64,000 bases of DNA from positions 3,844,001-3,908,000 of the forward strand of contig NW_025964024.1 of the NCBI RefSeq assembly GCF_023055435.1, given 5' to 3'. The notes beneath the pieces are model-generated. The model saw only the letters and a list, made by a program, of their open reading frames with translations. It was not told the origin of the DNA and ran no database searches. Numbering within the stretch: position 1 is the stretch's first letter; each line of letters begins with the position of its first letter. Below are positions 13,370 to 25,149 of this stretch, piece after piece. A program made the position numbers and the translations under genes. The DNA is from Haliotis rufescens (lineage: Eukaryota).

Positions 13370-13735
13370 GGCCTGTAAAGGCATGTGGTCCTGTGCATAA
13401 CACACAGGTCACAAATCAGGTCAAGCAAAGGTGGCGGTGGAGAGTAGGTGGATGGGTGACCACGCTCAGCAAGCTTGCCCTCTGAGGGTTTCTAGGGCTG
13501 AAGTTCCGCCCAGCAGTGAAACTTATATTACTTCACCCGTGGTGTGTCATCAGGCAACTGACTCTGTTCGACGCGTTCCTCTGTTCACCAGCCAGGAAAT
13601 GGAAATGTGATAATGTGAATGGAAACACCTTACAGCGCGAAAAAGCAGATCAGACTATACTCCCCAGGGAGCTGAGAATGCACACTGATCCACTGACCAG
13701 GGTAATACAGTGAGCTACTTTGAGCAGACTGTGAA
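13370..13735 (+). mobile_element. Composite SINE family E: 5S rRNA-like head + CORE-like + Deu/Nin-like block
   Basis: GTCAAGC-N22-TGGATGGGTGACC has 5S box A/IE/box C spacing. It is followed by CCTCTGTTCACCAGC..AAATGG and TATACTCCCCAGGGAGCTGAGA. Confidence 0.65.
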
Positions 13736-13990
13736 GTCTTGTGCTCGTCAACATCCAGGTGCTTCCTTTACCACAGGCCACGATCAGGAAATTCTAGACA
13801 TTCCGCCTCCCGACCAACCACTGCGACACGCCCACACAGGAAGAATGGGATACATGTTTCCTTATGTGGCTAGTATCATAGATACAGCTGTCAGACGATT
13901 TCAGAGAAGTACTTCAATGAGTTGCATGTCGATTTAAAGACAATACAGGGCTAAATTCACATATCAATTTCACATACCATAAATAACTTA

Positions 13991-14660
13991 CCGTATTCGA
14001 CGTAATAAGCGCCCCGCTCTAATAAGCGCCCACAGCAATATTTACTAGTATATTGGCTAGTTAACAATCCCAATTAGCAACCCTTCTGATTGATCAATGT
14101 ACACAAGACTTATTTTTGTATATAATACGCACCCTAATTATGAGCAATTAAATTCTCGAAAATATAATACGCACAGATTCTTCTTTTATATCATTTCAGG
14201 TTGTCAGCATAAACCACAAAATTTACAATCTTTCAACTCTGTTTTCAATGAGTTGCATGTCGATTTAAAGACAATACAGGGCTAAATTCACATATCAATT
14301 TCACATACCATAAATAACTTACCGTATTCGACGTAATAAGCGCCCCGCTCTAATAAGCGCCCACAGCAATATTTACTAGTATATTGGCTAGTTAACAATC
14401 CCAATTAGCAACCCTTCTGATTGATCAATGTACACAAGACTTATTTTTGTATATAATACGCACCCTAATTATGAGCAATTAAATTCTCGAAAATATAATA
14501 CGCACAGATTCTTCTTTTATATCATTTCAGGTTGTCAGCATAAACCACAAAATTTACAATCTTTCAACTCTGTTTTTTATCTCACCAAAATTATATTCTA
14601 ATAAGAGACCCCTATTTCTAATTTTGAGAGCACCCTGGGCGCTTATTACGTTGAATACAG
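13991..14660 (+). mobile_element. Tc1/mariner-type MITE, left part tandemly duplicated
   Basis: TA|CCGTATTCGACGTAATAAGCGCCC ... GGGCGCTTATTACGTTGAATACAG|TA. Confidence 0.88.
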
Positions 14661-15776
14661 TACGGATAAATTAGTTTCAACAGTGCTTACTAAACATTTC
14701 CAAATGATATAGAGACATCATATCTGAAACTATTTCTAGAGGGATATCTCTTATCTATTAAACAACATATCTATTGCAGTGAACACAGTTTCTGCACAAC
14801 TTTCTTTCACAGCAAAAAATAAAATTGGCACCAAAACTCTGACAATGAATGAAGTGGTTTTCTTTTCTTCCTTGGCACGAGATACCTCACAGAAGGTGAG
14901 CCTTCAGATTAATACTTCTTATATGTTGTCCTGTCTAACCCTTAAAAGTGTGTGAAACATTTATAAATGAATCTTACTGTGCCATTACAACTCCATGCTT
15001 GAAAAACAACTTCGTTCGCTAAAATAAAATGAATGCACAATTAAATTTCTACTTTATCCCCACTTTCTATAATTTGAGAAGCGGATCTGAGATCCAAGTA
15101 AGAAAAATGTTACTTTTTGAGGTTTGACTTTCTGCTTGGAATCTTTTTTTTTAATAATATGGGAATTTAAGCCAATAAGAATTCTCCTGTTACTCATGAA
15201 TGTTAGGTAAAAAATAGCAGTATTGTATACAACAAAATGTCTCTCAGCGCACATGACAAATGCAAACCTGTATGGTCATAAGGCATACCAACTGATGAGA
15301 CAGGGCTGGAGCATGCACTAGATGGGAAAACAGCTCAACTGAATTAAAGGTTTTCATTAGTCAGGGTGGTTCGATGCAAATATTCCATTCTGGGTGCTGC
15401 AGGACTCCCTTAGAAGCCTTCCTGGTGGAGCACTATGGGTAATATACAGTCCTGGCAATACTTGGAGATGTCCCCCGGGATCAGTCCTGTAGCGTTTGAC
15501 TTAAACGGCCAGTATGTCGTTGATTCTTGTGTGTTTAAATCATACATGAAATAATTTCTGAGTGTGATGTCACACCTTTAGTTCATGCACGATTCAATTC
15601 TCAAACCAAGAAAGATAGCTCCGCACAGCAAAGCCGACAATAACATCGTCACATCTTACACAATCCATTCAAGATATTGTTATTGATCCTAAAACCACTT
15701 TCCATTCCCTAGTACTTATCCTTTGTTTACATTGGTTGCACAGTTGTGGTGTCATGGAAGGCCTACAGATCATTTT

Positions 15777-15928
15777 ATGTGGAAACCTCGGTGGCTGAGT
15801 GGGTTTGTGTGCTGGCGATTAGGTGCCTCACTCTGGCAGTGTGGGTTCATAGGGCACACAACCCCAAAAAGTACTAGAATCTGTACTTTACTAAGAAAGT
15901 GTTATCCCAAATATAACACTTGTTACAT
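15777..15928 (+). mobile_element. Second copy of the same tRNA-like element, without the upstream inverted arm
   Basis: GGTGGCTGAGTGGG...GGCGATTAGGTGCCTCACTCTGGCAGTGTGGGTTC...TTATCCCAAATATAACACTTGTTACAT. Confidence 0.78.
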
Positions 15929-16446
15929 GGTCACTTTGATGTGTAAAGCTATATTGTCTAGTACCTCACTTTGTCACTGTCACTGTCACTGTCACAGTCG
16001 TAGTAGTATGTCTGTATAACTATGCAAAACAATATGCAAAGCACACTGAATGGTTTGCATCAGGTCTGTCGGGACATATTTCAGAATAAGTCTGTTGGTT
16101 TAGAAACAAGAGTAAAGTCCAGTCAAGTGATAAGCCTACACCTGTGGTGTGGTCACTGGAGCAGAAACATCTCTTGTGGCATAATCCGAGCAGAGCAGGG
16201 CAGATTCAGCTCTGAGGGTTGCCGGCTTTTGTTTGTAAACAATGCCCAGAATGGTGGACCTACTGGTCCTTAAAGGCTATAATTTGGGGATGGCTTTCTG
16301 CTTCTGTAGTGTGGTTTTGGGGGCATATCAGGTGTCAATAGGAATCACAGTTTTCTGGTAATATGATTTACAAATATAATGACTTGAGGAGGGAAGCAGC
16401 TCGCAATGCTTCCAAAGGTAGATTTGGTGACCTGGCTCAAGAAGGT

Positions 16447-16791
16447 GAGGTGAGGTGAAACGGGGTTTAACGTCGCGTCCAAGATTATTGCACTTATATA
16501 GCGACGTGCATGCACGTGTGTGTGGCTGCTTGTACTAGACCGGACTGATGCCGATTTAGAGTGCTAGCTCACTGAGATACCATGCCGCAGTTTAACATTA
16601 ATACCCCACTCAGACACAGTATACTGACTCCGAGTCGACCAGTCCTTGTTTTAGCCCCTTAATGCCGCGCGCGAGACAGGGTAACAACAAGTACCATCTT
16701 TTAACGTCTTTTGGTATGACGCAGCCGGGGATCGAACCCAGACCTTCCGCTCTCCGGGCGGACGCTCTACCACTAGACCACGGAGGCGGTC
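16447..16791 (-). mobile_element. tRNA-headed V-domain-type SINE, family B, full length
   Basis: A box TGGTCTAGTGG, B box GGTTCGATCCC, body GACTGGTCGACTCGGAGTCAG...TCAGTGAGCTAGCAC, 13-bp TSD GGCTCAAGAAGGT. Confidence 0.9.
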
Positions 16792-17509
16792 GGCTCAAGA
16801 AGGTTTACCTTACAGTCATGGCAGTGTTTGCGTTAGTGATTAGCTGGTATGTGTAGGAATCAGTTGGGTAGATCCATCATTCATGTTCTACACATACAAC
16901 AAGACTGGATGCTTACACTCGATAAAGAAGCAAAAAACAATGGCACAGACATGCAAGCCATATCATAGCAGAACTTCTATAAAAACAGACTCTCAGTTCA
17001 AGTGTTCAAACAACAGTATAAAACTTGTAGTCAACAATCAAATACTGGTATACAACAATCAAATACGAAAATGTGTATAAAACAGGCTCGTATCTGCATA
17101 CACCAGTATCTGCCACCATTCACATGTTTTATACAACAATGTGGTACTTGTACACAACAGTCAAGTGATTGTACACAACAAATAAGCCTGCACAACACAT
17201 TTGTTTCTAACTGACTATCATACAACATGACACATAGAGGAAGCAAGGGGTGTACGGCGGTGCATGGGAGCCAGGTTAGGTGCAGTGTTTTCAACTGTGC
17301 ATCTACAGATTGCAAGGAGACAGAGGGAGAGAGTCTCCTAGGCTACAGATGTCTACACTACACGCAATCATCTACCACCATACAAGCACATAGTGTATAA
17401 CGATGGATATCTACTGCCATGCATGGGCCTATACATATATTTCACACAGAGTGTAACATAAAATCTATCTAGCATAAATAAAACCTTCTACTACTACTTA
17501 TGTGTAAAA

Positions 17510-17720
17510 TGATATATCTACTACTACATGTATATAGATAAATATCTACTACATTGTACGACTATATATATATACAAATATCTACTACTACATGTATATA
17601 GACAAATATCTACTACTACAGTACATGTAGAGACAAATATCTACTACTACATGTATATAGACAAATATCTACTACTACATGTATATATACAAACATCTAC
17701 TACTACATATATAGAGACAA
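17510..17720. repeat. ~28-bp minisatellite
   Basis: CTACTACTACATGTATATAGACAAATAT repeated with variation. Confidence 0.85.
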
Positions 17721-18290
17721 AAGAAATTAGTTCAAGAGAAATTCATATAAAAAATGGAAAAGAACAAATTACAACATCAAAATATATTCATAAAAAAATT
17801 GTAAAATATCGTCAACCTTCCCAATACCATTTGATATTGAAGTAAACAACAATTGGAGAATAAATGGCTTGAACCAACCTGTGATTGTGTGGTGATGTAA
17901 GTCCTTCGTGTACACATCGGGAGCTGTCTGTATGTAATCGCGGCCTGTACACGGCAGCAAAATCCACACCATGTGTGAACAGTTTTCAAATGTGACTTTT
18001 CCATATTACCAATAAGTTTATGAATTTTAGATGAAGAAGTTTAACTATGTAACCTTTTTAAGTCTCATTAAGGCATTATATATTATGAAGGATTAACATG
18101 AAATATTCCAGTTTTCTTAAATGGATTTGTAAATTTTGCTCACATTTAAAAGACTACAAAAAAATTACAATAACATATCTTATATTCACCCAAAAGATGA
18201 GAAAATGTAAATTTTTTACCCCAAAAATGTTTTGGTAATAGATTTAAGTTAAGATTTAAGAAAATTAAGTTAAAACAATATCTGGCTTAC

Positions 18291-18318
18291 CGGCACAGCA
18301 GAGTAAAGAGGCAAACAT
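18291..18318 (-). CDS. Putative alternative first coding mini-exon A (MFASLLCCA + G)
   Basis: ATG TTT GCC TCT TTA CTC TGC TGT GCC G|GTAAGC; phase 1. Five nucleotide differences from copy B, none changing the peptide. Confidence 0.75.
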
Positions 18319-19056
18319 ACTGCAGCCGTGAGACAGAACCCACTGGGTCAGTGAATGAATGCTGACTGTTGACTGCTATGCATCACTGCTATTCTAGAGG
18401 TCAAGGCCTGAGTGAGAGTACTGTAAAAAACCTCCCATTCAAACATTGTCCAGATCTTCACACTTCCAACAGTTTCATTGTAGTACGTGGGATCACAAAT
18501 ACCCAGGGGGCAGGTTTGTAGTAATCCTACAGGTCCAGCCAGTTACTGATGATACCTGGCTTGAGGGGATTTAAGCTTTTTCAATTGTTTTATCCCCAGA
18601 CATGCTGTTTGTACAAGCATTTATAGAACAATGGCTTGATTGTTAGAAGTATGCCAGCTTTATCACATCGGCCACTCATTGATTTAATTAAGGCCAGACC
18701 AATTAAATGCTATTGTTTTTATCAGGTCTAAGGAAGCAGCAGCCAAGCTGACTACTTGTCAGATGTTTTAGAATTCACATAGTATTACTCCCTACATCCA
18801 AACCCTGACATTTAACCACACGGTCATGTTTTACTATTATCAGGTAAAAAGTAATTAAACAAACTCATTAACAGGTATGCTTAAATGTTCTTGTCAAGAG
18901 GCTTTTCTACTTTGTATTCAATATGTCATTTAATAATGAGATCCTAATGTCATTATTTACTTTAGCTGATTATTAAAAGTTTTTTTAAAATTCTTATGAA
19001 CACTATAAACACAGTAATACCTCCTGATCAATAAATTTTGTACAAGAAAAATAGTG

Positions 19057-19336
19057 GGTGAGTGAGTTAATTTTAACACCGCTTTTAACAGTATTACAGC
19101 TATATTGCGGCGTGTCAGCTTAATGTTGGAGGAAAGCCCTAAGTGATGCAGGTTTCAGACGTTTACCACTTCGGTGAAACCCATGAGCACGGGTATGGTG
19201 CTAGAAACATAATCAGGGCGACTCGGGATTGAACCCACAATTATAGGTTTCTGGAGTGCCCAAGGGATGCAACTCTGCACAGCGAACAATGCAACAAGGA
19301 TGCAACTCCTTAGACGACTGGGCCACCCGTGCCCCC
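19057..19336 (-). mobile_element. SINE family C (tRNA-Leu-like head with long A-B spacing; tail shared with family A)
   Basis: GGGGCACGGGTGGCCCAGTCGTCTAAGG...GTGGGTTCAATCCCG. Body shared with the copies at about 9500, 12985, 23300 and 29827. Confidence 0.82.
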
Positions 19337-19847
19337 ACAAGAAAAATAAATAGGCCTTGTCTAACTATTAAATATCATAATTCCAAGGTCATAATGATAG
19401 TAATTATAATTAGTAACGGAATATGTTCCTCATTTGTGTATTTGGTTTAACATGCTATTGAAAAAGAATCAAATGATATTTACATTCAATTCTCTGACAA
19501 AATAATTGACTGGTCTGAAAGAACGCAACTGCAGTCATGTTGACATAATGTCTCACTTCAGTCAATAAGAACACACCAGTAAGTGTCACATATTGACTTT
19601 AGTTTGTTCACACGGTACATGCTGCATGCGTAGAGTATGTGGAATGACAATACAAACAAGGGACATGTGTTTGTAGCTGTTCACCAGAGTTAATGTTAAC
19701 ATAGACACATGGTGCAGTGCATCAATCAATAACCGAAGAAAACAACCAAAAAATAACAAAAACTGTGATGCATAATGTACATGCAATAGATGGCTTAGCA
19801 ATACATGCGACATGACATTGTTACAACACAAACAATCAGACAGCCAG

Positions 19848-20112
19848 AACACTGTTATCTATCAGGAACAATGAGGCAGCAATAACACTGTATTATATCA
19901 GGAACAATGAGGAAGCTATAACACTGTTACACACCAGGAACAGTGAGACAGCTGTAACACTGTTATATATCAAGAACAACGAGGCAGATATAACTATTAC
20001 ACACCACAAACAACGAAGCAGCTATAACACTGTTATATATCAGGAACAATGAGGCAGTTATAACACTGTTATATATCAGGAACAATGAGGAAGCTTTAAC
20101 ACTGTTACACAC
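19848..20112. repeat. ~36-bp minisatellite
   Basis: AACACTGTTATATATCAGGAACAATGAGGCAGCTAT repeated about 7 times. Confidence 0.85.
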
Positions 20113-21765
20113 CTGTTGTGTGTGTGTGGCTAGTATCCGATATCACAGTTACACCACATAGATTCATGTTGTGTTTGTGGCTAGCTGTCACAGGAGTCGA
20201 GGCGGGTGCGGAGGCCTGACATATTGGTTCCAGGCCGGTAGGTTTTACCTGCTATCACTCACCAGCTACACATCTTTACACACACACGGTACTAATTAGT
20301 GTACCTACAGGGCAGGGACATTTTCATTTCTGTATTCAATAACTAGGATGTATCTCCATCATCTCAAAACCTTATGGTAAACAGATACAGCAGCGGTCCT
20401 TCATACCTGGTGTGCCTTTATCAGGTTCCTAACCATCAGATAGCCTAAAACAACTCTGGAATGTAAATAGGCTGCAATACATTTGTTTGTTCCAACCACT
20501 ACATTTATTTTGTGTTATGATTAATGACAAAATGCCATTGCCAACATTCCTAACACAAGGGTTCTATGTAACCTTGGATCAGCTTGAAAACTGCTGATTC
20601 AGCATAAAGCAATATTCACTCATTCACCTACACTAACAGTTATTCTCAGAAGCAAAGTTATCTTGTTTAAAAAAGTTTTCTTATCTAAAAATAAATATCT
20701 ACAAAATATAAAATTAGATCCAATGGCGTAAAGAACAATGCTTAATTTCAGGCTAGACTTGAAGTGGATACTTTTTTTAAAGTTTATTTTCTAGGTTCTG
20801 GGAGACCATCATTCACCTACAGCACTTCAAAATTCCAAGCATGGGATGACTTAATTCGAGAATAAAATTTATAAAATTTTAATCTAAAGACACTGCAATA
20901 ACCCAGCTACAAAGCAATGGGCTGTAAAGACTGAAATGATAATTATTGTTAGACATCATGTTATTAAGACCTGACCTATCCAACGTGATGTCCGTTGAAA
21001 GCTGTCAGCCCTAACATGAAGGCAATGAGACCAGATAGCAAGTTGGGTCCAGGGGCGCTAGGGTACCTAGGGATATGGGGTTATCCTAACAACTCTTTCC
21101 GCTCTTTCTGACAATATGTTAGACCCCAGGTGACATTTTTCAAATCATAAATGTTCAGATTGGAGTTAGGTCCTGAAAATCTTTTTGTACAAATTTGTTT
21201 TAAGGAGGCAAGATTTTATATCTGGAGCGTGGGAGCGTGTCTTCAAAAGAAACATGTCTCTCATGTCAAAAGCATGCGAGTGGGCAGGTGACGAACCTGT
21301 GGAGAGCTGGGTACCATATTCCTTCTGTCTGTGATAGCTGTCCCCTGCTGGGTCCGGATAATCAGATGCTACCTTGCCTGTTGACAAACAGCCACAGCCG
21401 CTAATCACCATTTCAATCCAATAATGTGCTTTCCTTGAGCAAACATGCAATTCCTTCTTAAATTCTGTTAATCAAGATAATTAACTTTCATCTTTCAGTT
21501 CTACATTTTAAAAAAATAAAATGATTTGAAATTAATTTCAATATACAAAATCAGTGTTATGGATGATTTATTATAGAGTGTGGTGTTTAAACAGAATTAG
21601 TTATCAGGCAAGTCCCATGTGGACACTCCAACATGATGATAATGGACTCGCAATTTAATCTGTCACATCAATTAGAATTGGGATTAAATTATAGATGCAG
21701 ATATTTGTATTTTTGTTTACTTCAAACAACACAATTTCTTACTTCATAAAGAAAGCCCTACTTAC

Positions 21766-21793
21766 CAGCACAGCACAACAGAGAGGCAAACAT
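21766..21793 (-). CDS. Putative alternative first coding mini-exon B (MFASLLCCA + G)
   Basis: ATG TTT GCC TCT CTG TTG TGC TGT GCT G|GTAAGT. Consensus donor, phase 1, compatible with the acceptor at 9361. Same peptide as the 18291-18318 copy. Confidence 0.75.
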
Positions 21794-22009
21794 GATCACC
21801 CACGACACAAGTATCCAAATATATTGAAATTCAATAAATCACAGCTGACGAAGAACATTCCACGTACATCCAGAGACTATGTTATTTGCAATTTTATTTC
21901 CTATGAGAACGGAGAGGCCATTTGATCTTCTACAGAGCAGGAACTGTCAACGTAGAGGCATGAGGTGAAGCAACAAGTCAAGGCAGGACTACTCTCACTA
22001 ATTGCGTTG

Positions 22010-22095
22010 GCTCTCATGACGTGAGGACTTGTACCACACAGGTGTGTTTGTCATCCTGCAGTTTCCACAGGTCATGTGACTGTGACAGCTGGCCA
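22010..22095. promoter_or_regulatory. Candidate promoter motifs upstream of mini-exon B (CRE-like, E-boxes, M-box)
   Basis: ATGACGTG (about 22016), CAGGTG, GTCATGTGAC (22071-22080) and CAGCTG are clustered 220-300 bp upstream of the ATG. Motif evidence only. Confidence 0.3.
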
Positions 22096-22228
22096 CATCG
22101 CCCACCGACCAACGTAAAATGATTGACATGATTGATTTTAACACAGTACTTGCAGTATCTATGTCTTCATTAATTTGGGATCAGAATGAATATCAATCAT
22201 AACCTAATCACAAGTTGGTATTGGGTGT

Positions 22229-22777
22229 GGAGTCAGTCACACTCACTAAAACGGACATCATGTTCTCCTAACCATTGGTTTCAATGGAGAGTCAGTCACG
22301 CTTACTAAAATGGACATCATGTTCTCCTAACAACCGGTTTCAATAAAGATTCTGTCACACTCACTAAAACAGACATCATGTTCTCCCAACAACTGGTTTC
22401 AATAAAGAGTCAGTCACACTCACTATAATGGACATTATGTTCTCCTAACAACTGGTTTCAATGAAGAGTCAGTCACACTCACTATAATGGACATTATGTT
22501 CTCCTGATAACTGGTTTCAGTGAAGAGTAAGTCACATTCACTATTATCGACATCATGTTCTCCCAACAACTGGTTTCAATGAAGAGTCAGTCACACTCAC
22601 TATAATGGACATCATGTTCTCCTAACAACTGGTTTCAATGAAGAGTCAGTCACACTCACTATAATGGACATTATGTTCTCCTGATAACTGGTTTCAGTGA
22701 AGAGTAAGTCACATTCACTATTATCGACATCATGTTCTCCTAACAACTGGTTTCAGTGAAGAGTCAGTCACACTCAA
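22229..22777. repeat. 59-bp minisatellite, about 9 copies
   Basis: GAGTCAGTCACACTCACTATAATGGACATCATGTTCTCCTAACAACTGGTTTCAATGAA units. Confidence 0.93.
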
Positions 22778-23299
22778 TAGGCCTGCATGTAGTGGGAGGG
22801 AGGCCCTAATACTGAGTCCGAAGCATCTCTTGCTTGAAGTTTCTCCATGGAACTGATAAATTCATGAAGAGCGACGACTTGAAATCAAGACATGCTGCAT
22901 AAATCTGCATCTCTTGTTGCAGTCATCAAACGGCCATCCATCAACAGATGACAGTTCGATGCTTTCATGTTTTCCACTATAAAAACATCATCCTGTTCTT
23001 TAGGCTAAATATCACCATGACAACAAGTATCCCATGTGCACAACAACCGCAGCACTTGTCATAGCCTGTAGTAGCATGCAGAGACAATGACCATCAGCAC
23101 CACCAAGCCTATGTATGGCAGTATACTGCGGACACGGCAAGTTGACAGCACATACTGCAGTCTTCACAACCAATAACTTCATTATTGATTCACTGAACTT
23201 ATTGCTACGAAACCAAAAAGAAGGTTTGTCAACACAGCACACCATATCTCTGAACTTCAGATTCATGTCGAGGCTTATGGTTGCAGAGGCATGCCTGTG

Positions 23300-23712
23300 G
23301 AGAGTGAGTGAGTGAGTGAGTGAGTGAGTGAGTGAGTTTGATTTAATGGTTATATTACAGCATGTCAGCTTGATCTGGAAGGGAAGGCCTGAAGGGATGC
23401 AGGTTTTAGATGTTTATTATAACCAGGGTTTTTGGAAAAAGTTTTTTAAATATTAACTTAAAATGTAGTTTATTAAATCAGGCTTTAGGTTAAAATACAG
23501 ATGGATATGAGAGAAGTGACTGTGCAGGGTGAGGGCATCACCCACAGGGCATGTAACACCCACCCACATGTAACCTTATCACTAGGAACTGTACCCACCA
23601 GCATGTGTACGGTTCTGACACACCTAGAAACATAACCAGGGCAAATCTGAGATTGCTGTCCATGTTCCGGTTCCTGGCACCCATAAGGGATGTTACTCTG
23701 CACAGCAAATTC
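23300..23712 (-). mobile_element. SINE family C, decayed and split by about 170 bp of unrelated sequence
   Basis: Tail and body at 23300-23420; remainder at 23590-23712. Confidence 0.65.
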
Positions 23713-24553
23713 TGACAAACCTAGAACCATAATAAGTCAATAATGCAAAATTATGTGTGATCTTCAACAATCTATTTTTAGCCAATAACAAGGTGGGGAG
23801 TGTCATTATCTTAGTACATTGAAAAGAATCAACTACATCATTAGTCAGTTATATACAGTCGGCTTTAGTCAGGTCGAGTTTCGGTTCGACCACAGAAGCT
23901 GTTGGGTCCTCGAGTCCCTGTCAAGAGTAATTTTTGGTTTTGTTCTACTGGAATTCACCTTAAATGTTATGAAGCCCTCAAACTGTAATCTGTTTCATTA
24001 CAGTAACATGTGAACCGTCAAACGTTACTACCAGACGCCATCTTGTTTCCAGCAGAAAAGAGTCAATATTCATCACCTGACATGGCAATACTGATCATGT
24101 GACGAGTCAATATTCAAAGTTGAAGTGTCAGTCACATGATTTGAGGGTCTACATTGGACTGCACTTTTCATGACATGATACGGATTATACCACGGAAATG
24201 CAAGATTCTTAATTGTGGGAAAAAAATGACACATGAGACTCATCAAGCATGAGACTCATCAAGCAACATTATATCTCTGAATATCTCCAATAATGTCAGT
24301 CATATTCAATGCAATTGAGCAAAAAAATTAATCACCCTAGAAAAAGACATCCGAGGTGATCGCCACAACTAAATATCATGCCATACACGTGATGAATTCC
24401 ATTGCTGTGCACACTGATCGATCCGTCTGCCCCAGGCTATCATCAATACAGGATCATCTGTACATAATCAACGGATGTTACAGCTCACTCGTCCAAACCC
24501 ATAAGCTGTCTTTGTCAATGTTCCATTAACTATTCATCTAATTCTCCTGGATT

Positions 24554-24756
24554 ATGTAACAAATGTTATATTTGGGATAACACTTTCTTAGTAAAGTACA
24601 GATTTTAGTACTTTTTTTGGGCCGAGTCCCATCTGGGATTCGAACCCACACTGCCAGAGTGAGGCACCTAATCGCCTGCACACAAAGTCAGTGATCCAAC
24701 CCACTCAGCCCCTGAGGCTTCCATGCATATTATCCCAAATATAACATTTGTTACAT
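24554..24756 (-). mobile_element. tRNA-like element enclosed by a perfect 27-bp inverted repeat
   Basis: ATGTAACAAATGTTATATTTGGGATAA at 24554-24580 and its reverse complement at 24730-24756. Inside are GGCTGAGTGG and GGTTCGAATCC boxes. Confidence 0.8.
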
Positions 24757-24941
24757 CTGACCACTTTCTAAATGGCATTGTGTGTTCACACCTGGATTAC
24801 GATGACATAACGTCCGTCTTAAGAGTCGTTTGTGAGTCACTAAACACACAAAAGACAGCAGTAGTGAGGTAAATATGACCCAGCACAGTCCTCAGGCTTC
24901 ACGACTCCTGCTTAGGAGACTCAGGAGACTCAGGAGACTCA

Positions 24942-25134
24942 GAGTGAGTGAGTGAGTGAGTGAGTGAGTGAGTGAGTGAGTATGGTTTTATGCCGCTTTT
25001 AGCAATATTACAGCAATATCATGGCAGGGGACACCAGAAATGGGCTTTACACATTCTACCCATGTCGGGAATTGAACCCTGGTCTTTGGCATGACGAGCA
25101 AGTGCTTTAATCACTAGGCTACCCGACCGCCCCC
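24942..25134 (-). mobile_element. SINE family A with expanded (GTGA)n tail
   Basis: TSD CAGGAGACT, itself locally triplicated on the left. Confidence 0.9.
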
Positions 25135-25149
25135 CAGGAGACTTGGAAG

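Noticed and set aside
23012-23035. Possible myristoylation-type mini-exon MGYLLS
   Set aside because: Weak donor (GTGATA) and phase 2, incompatible with the downstream phase-1 acceptors.
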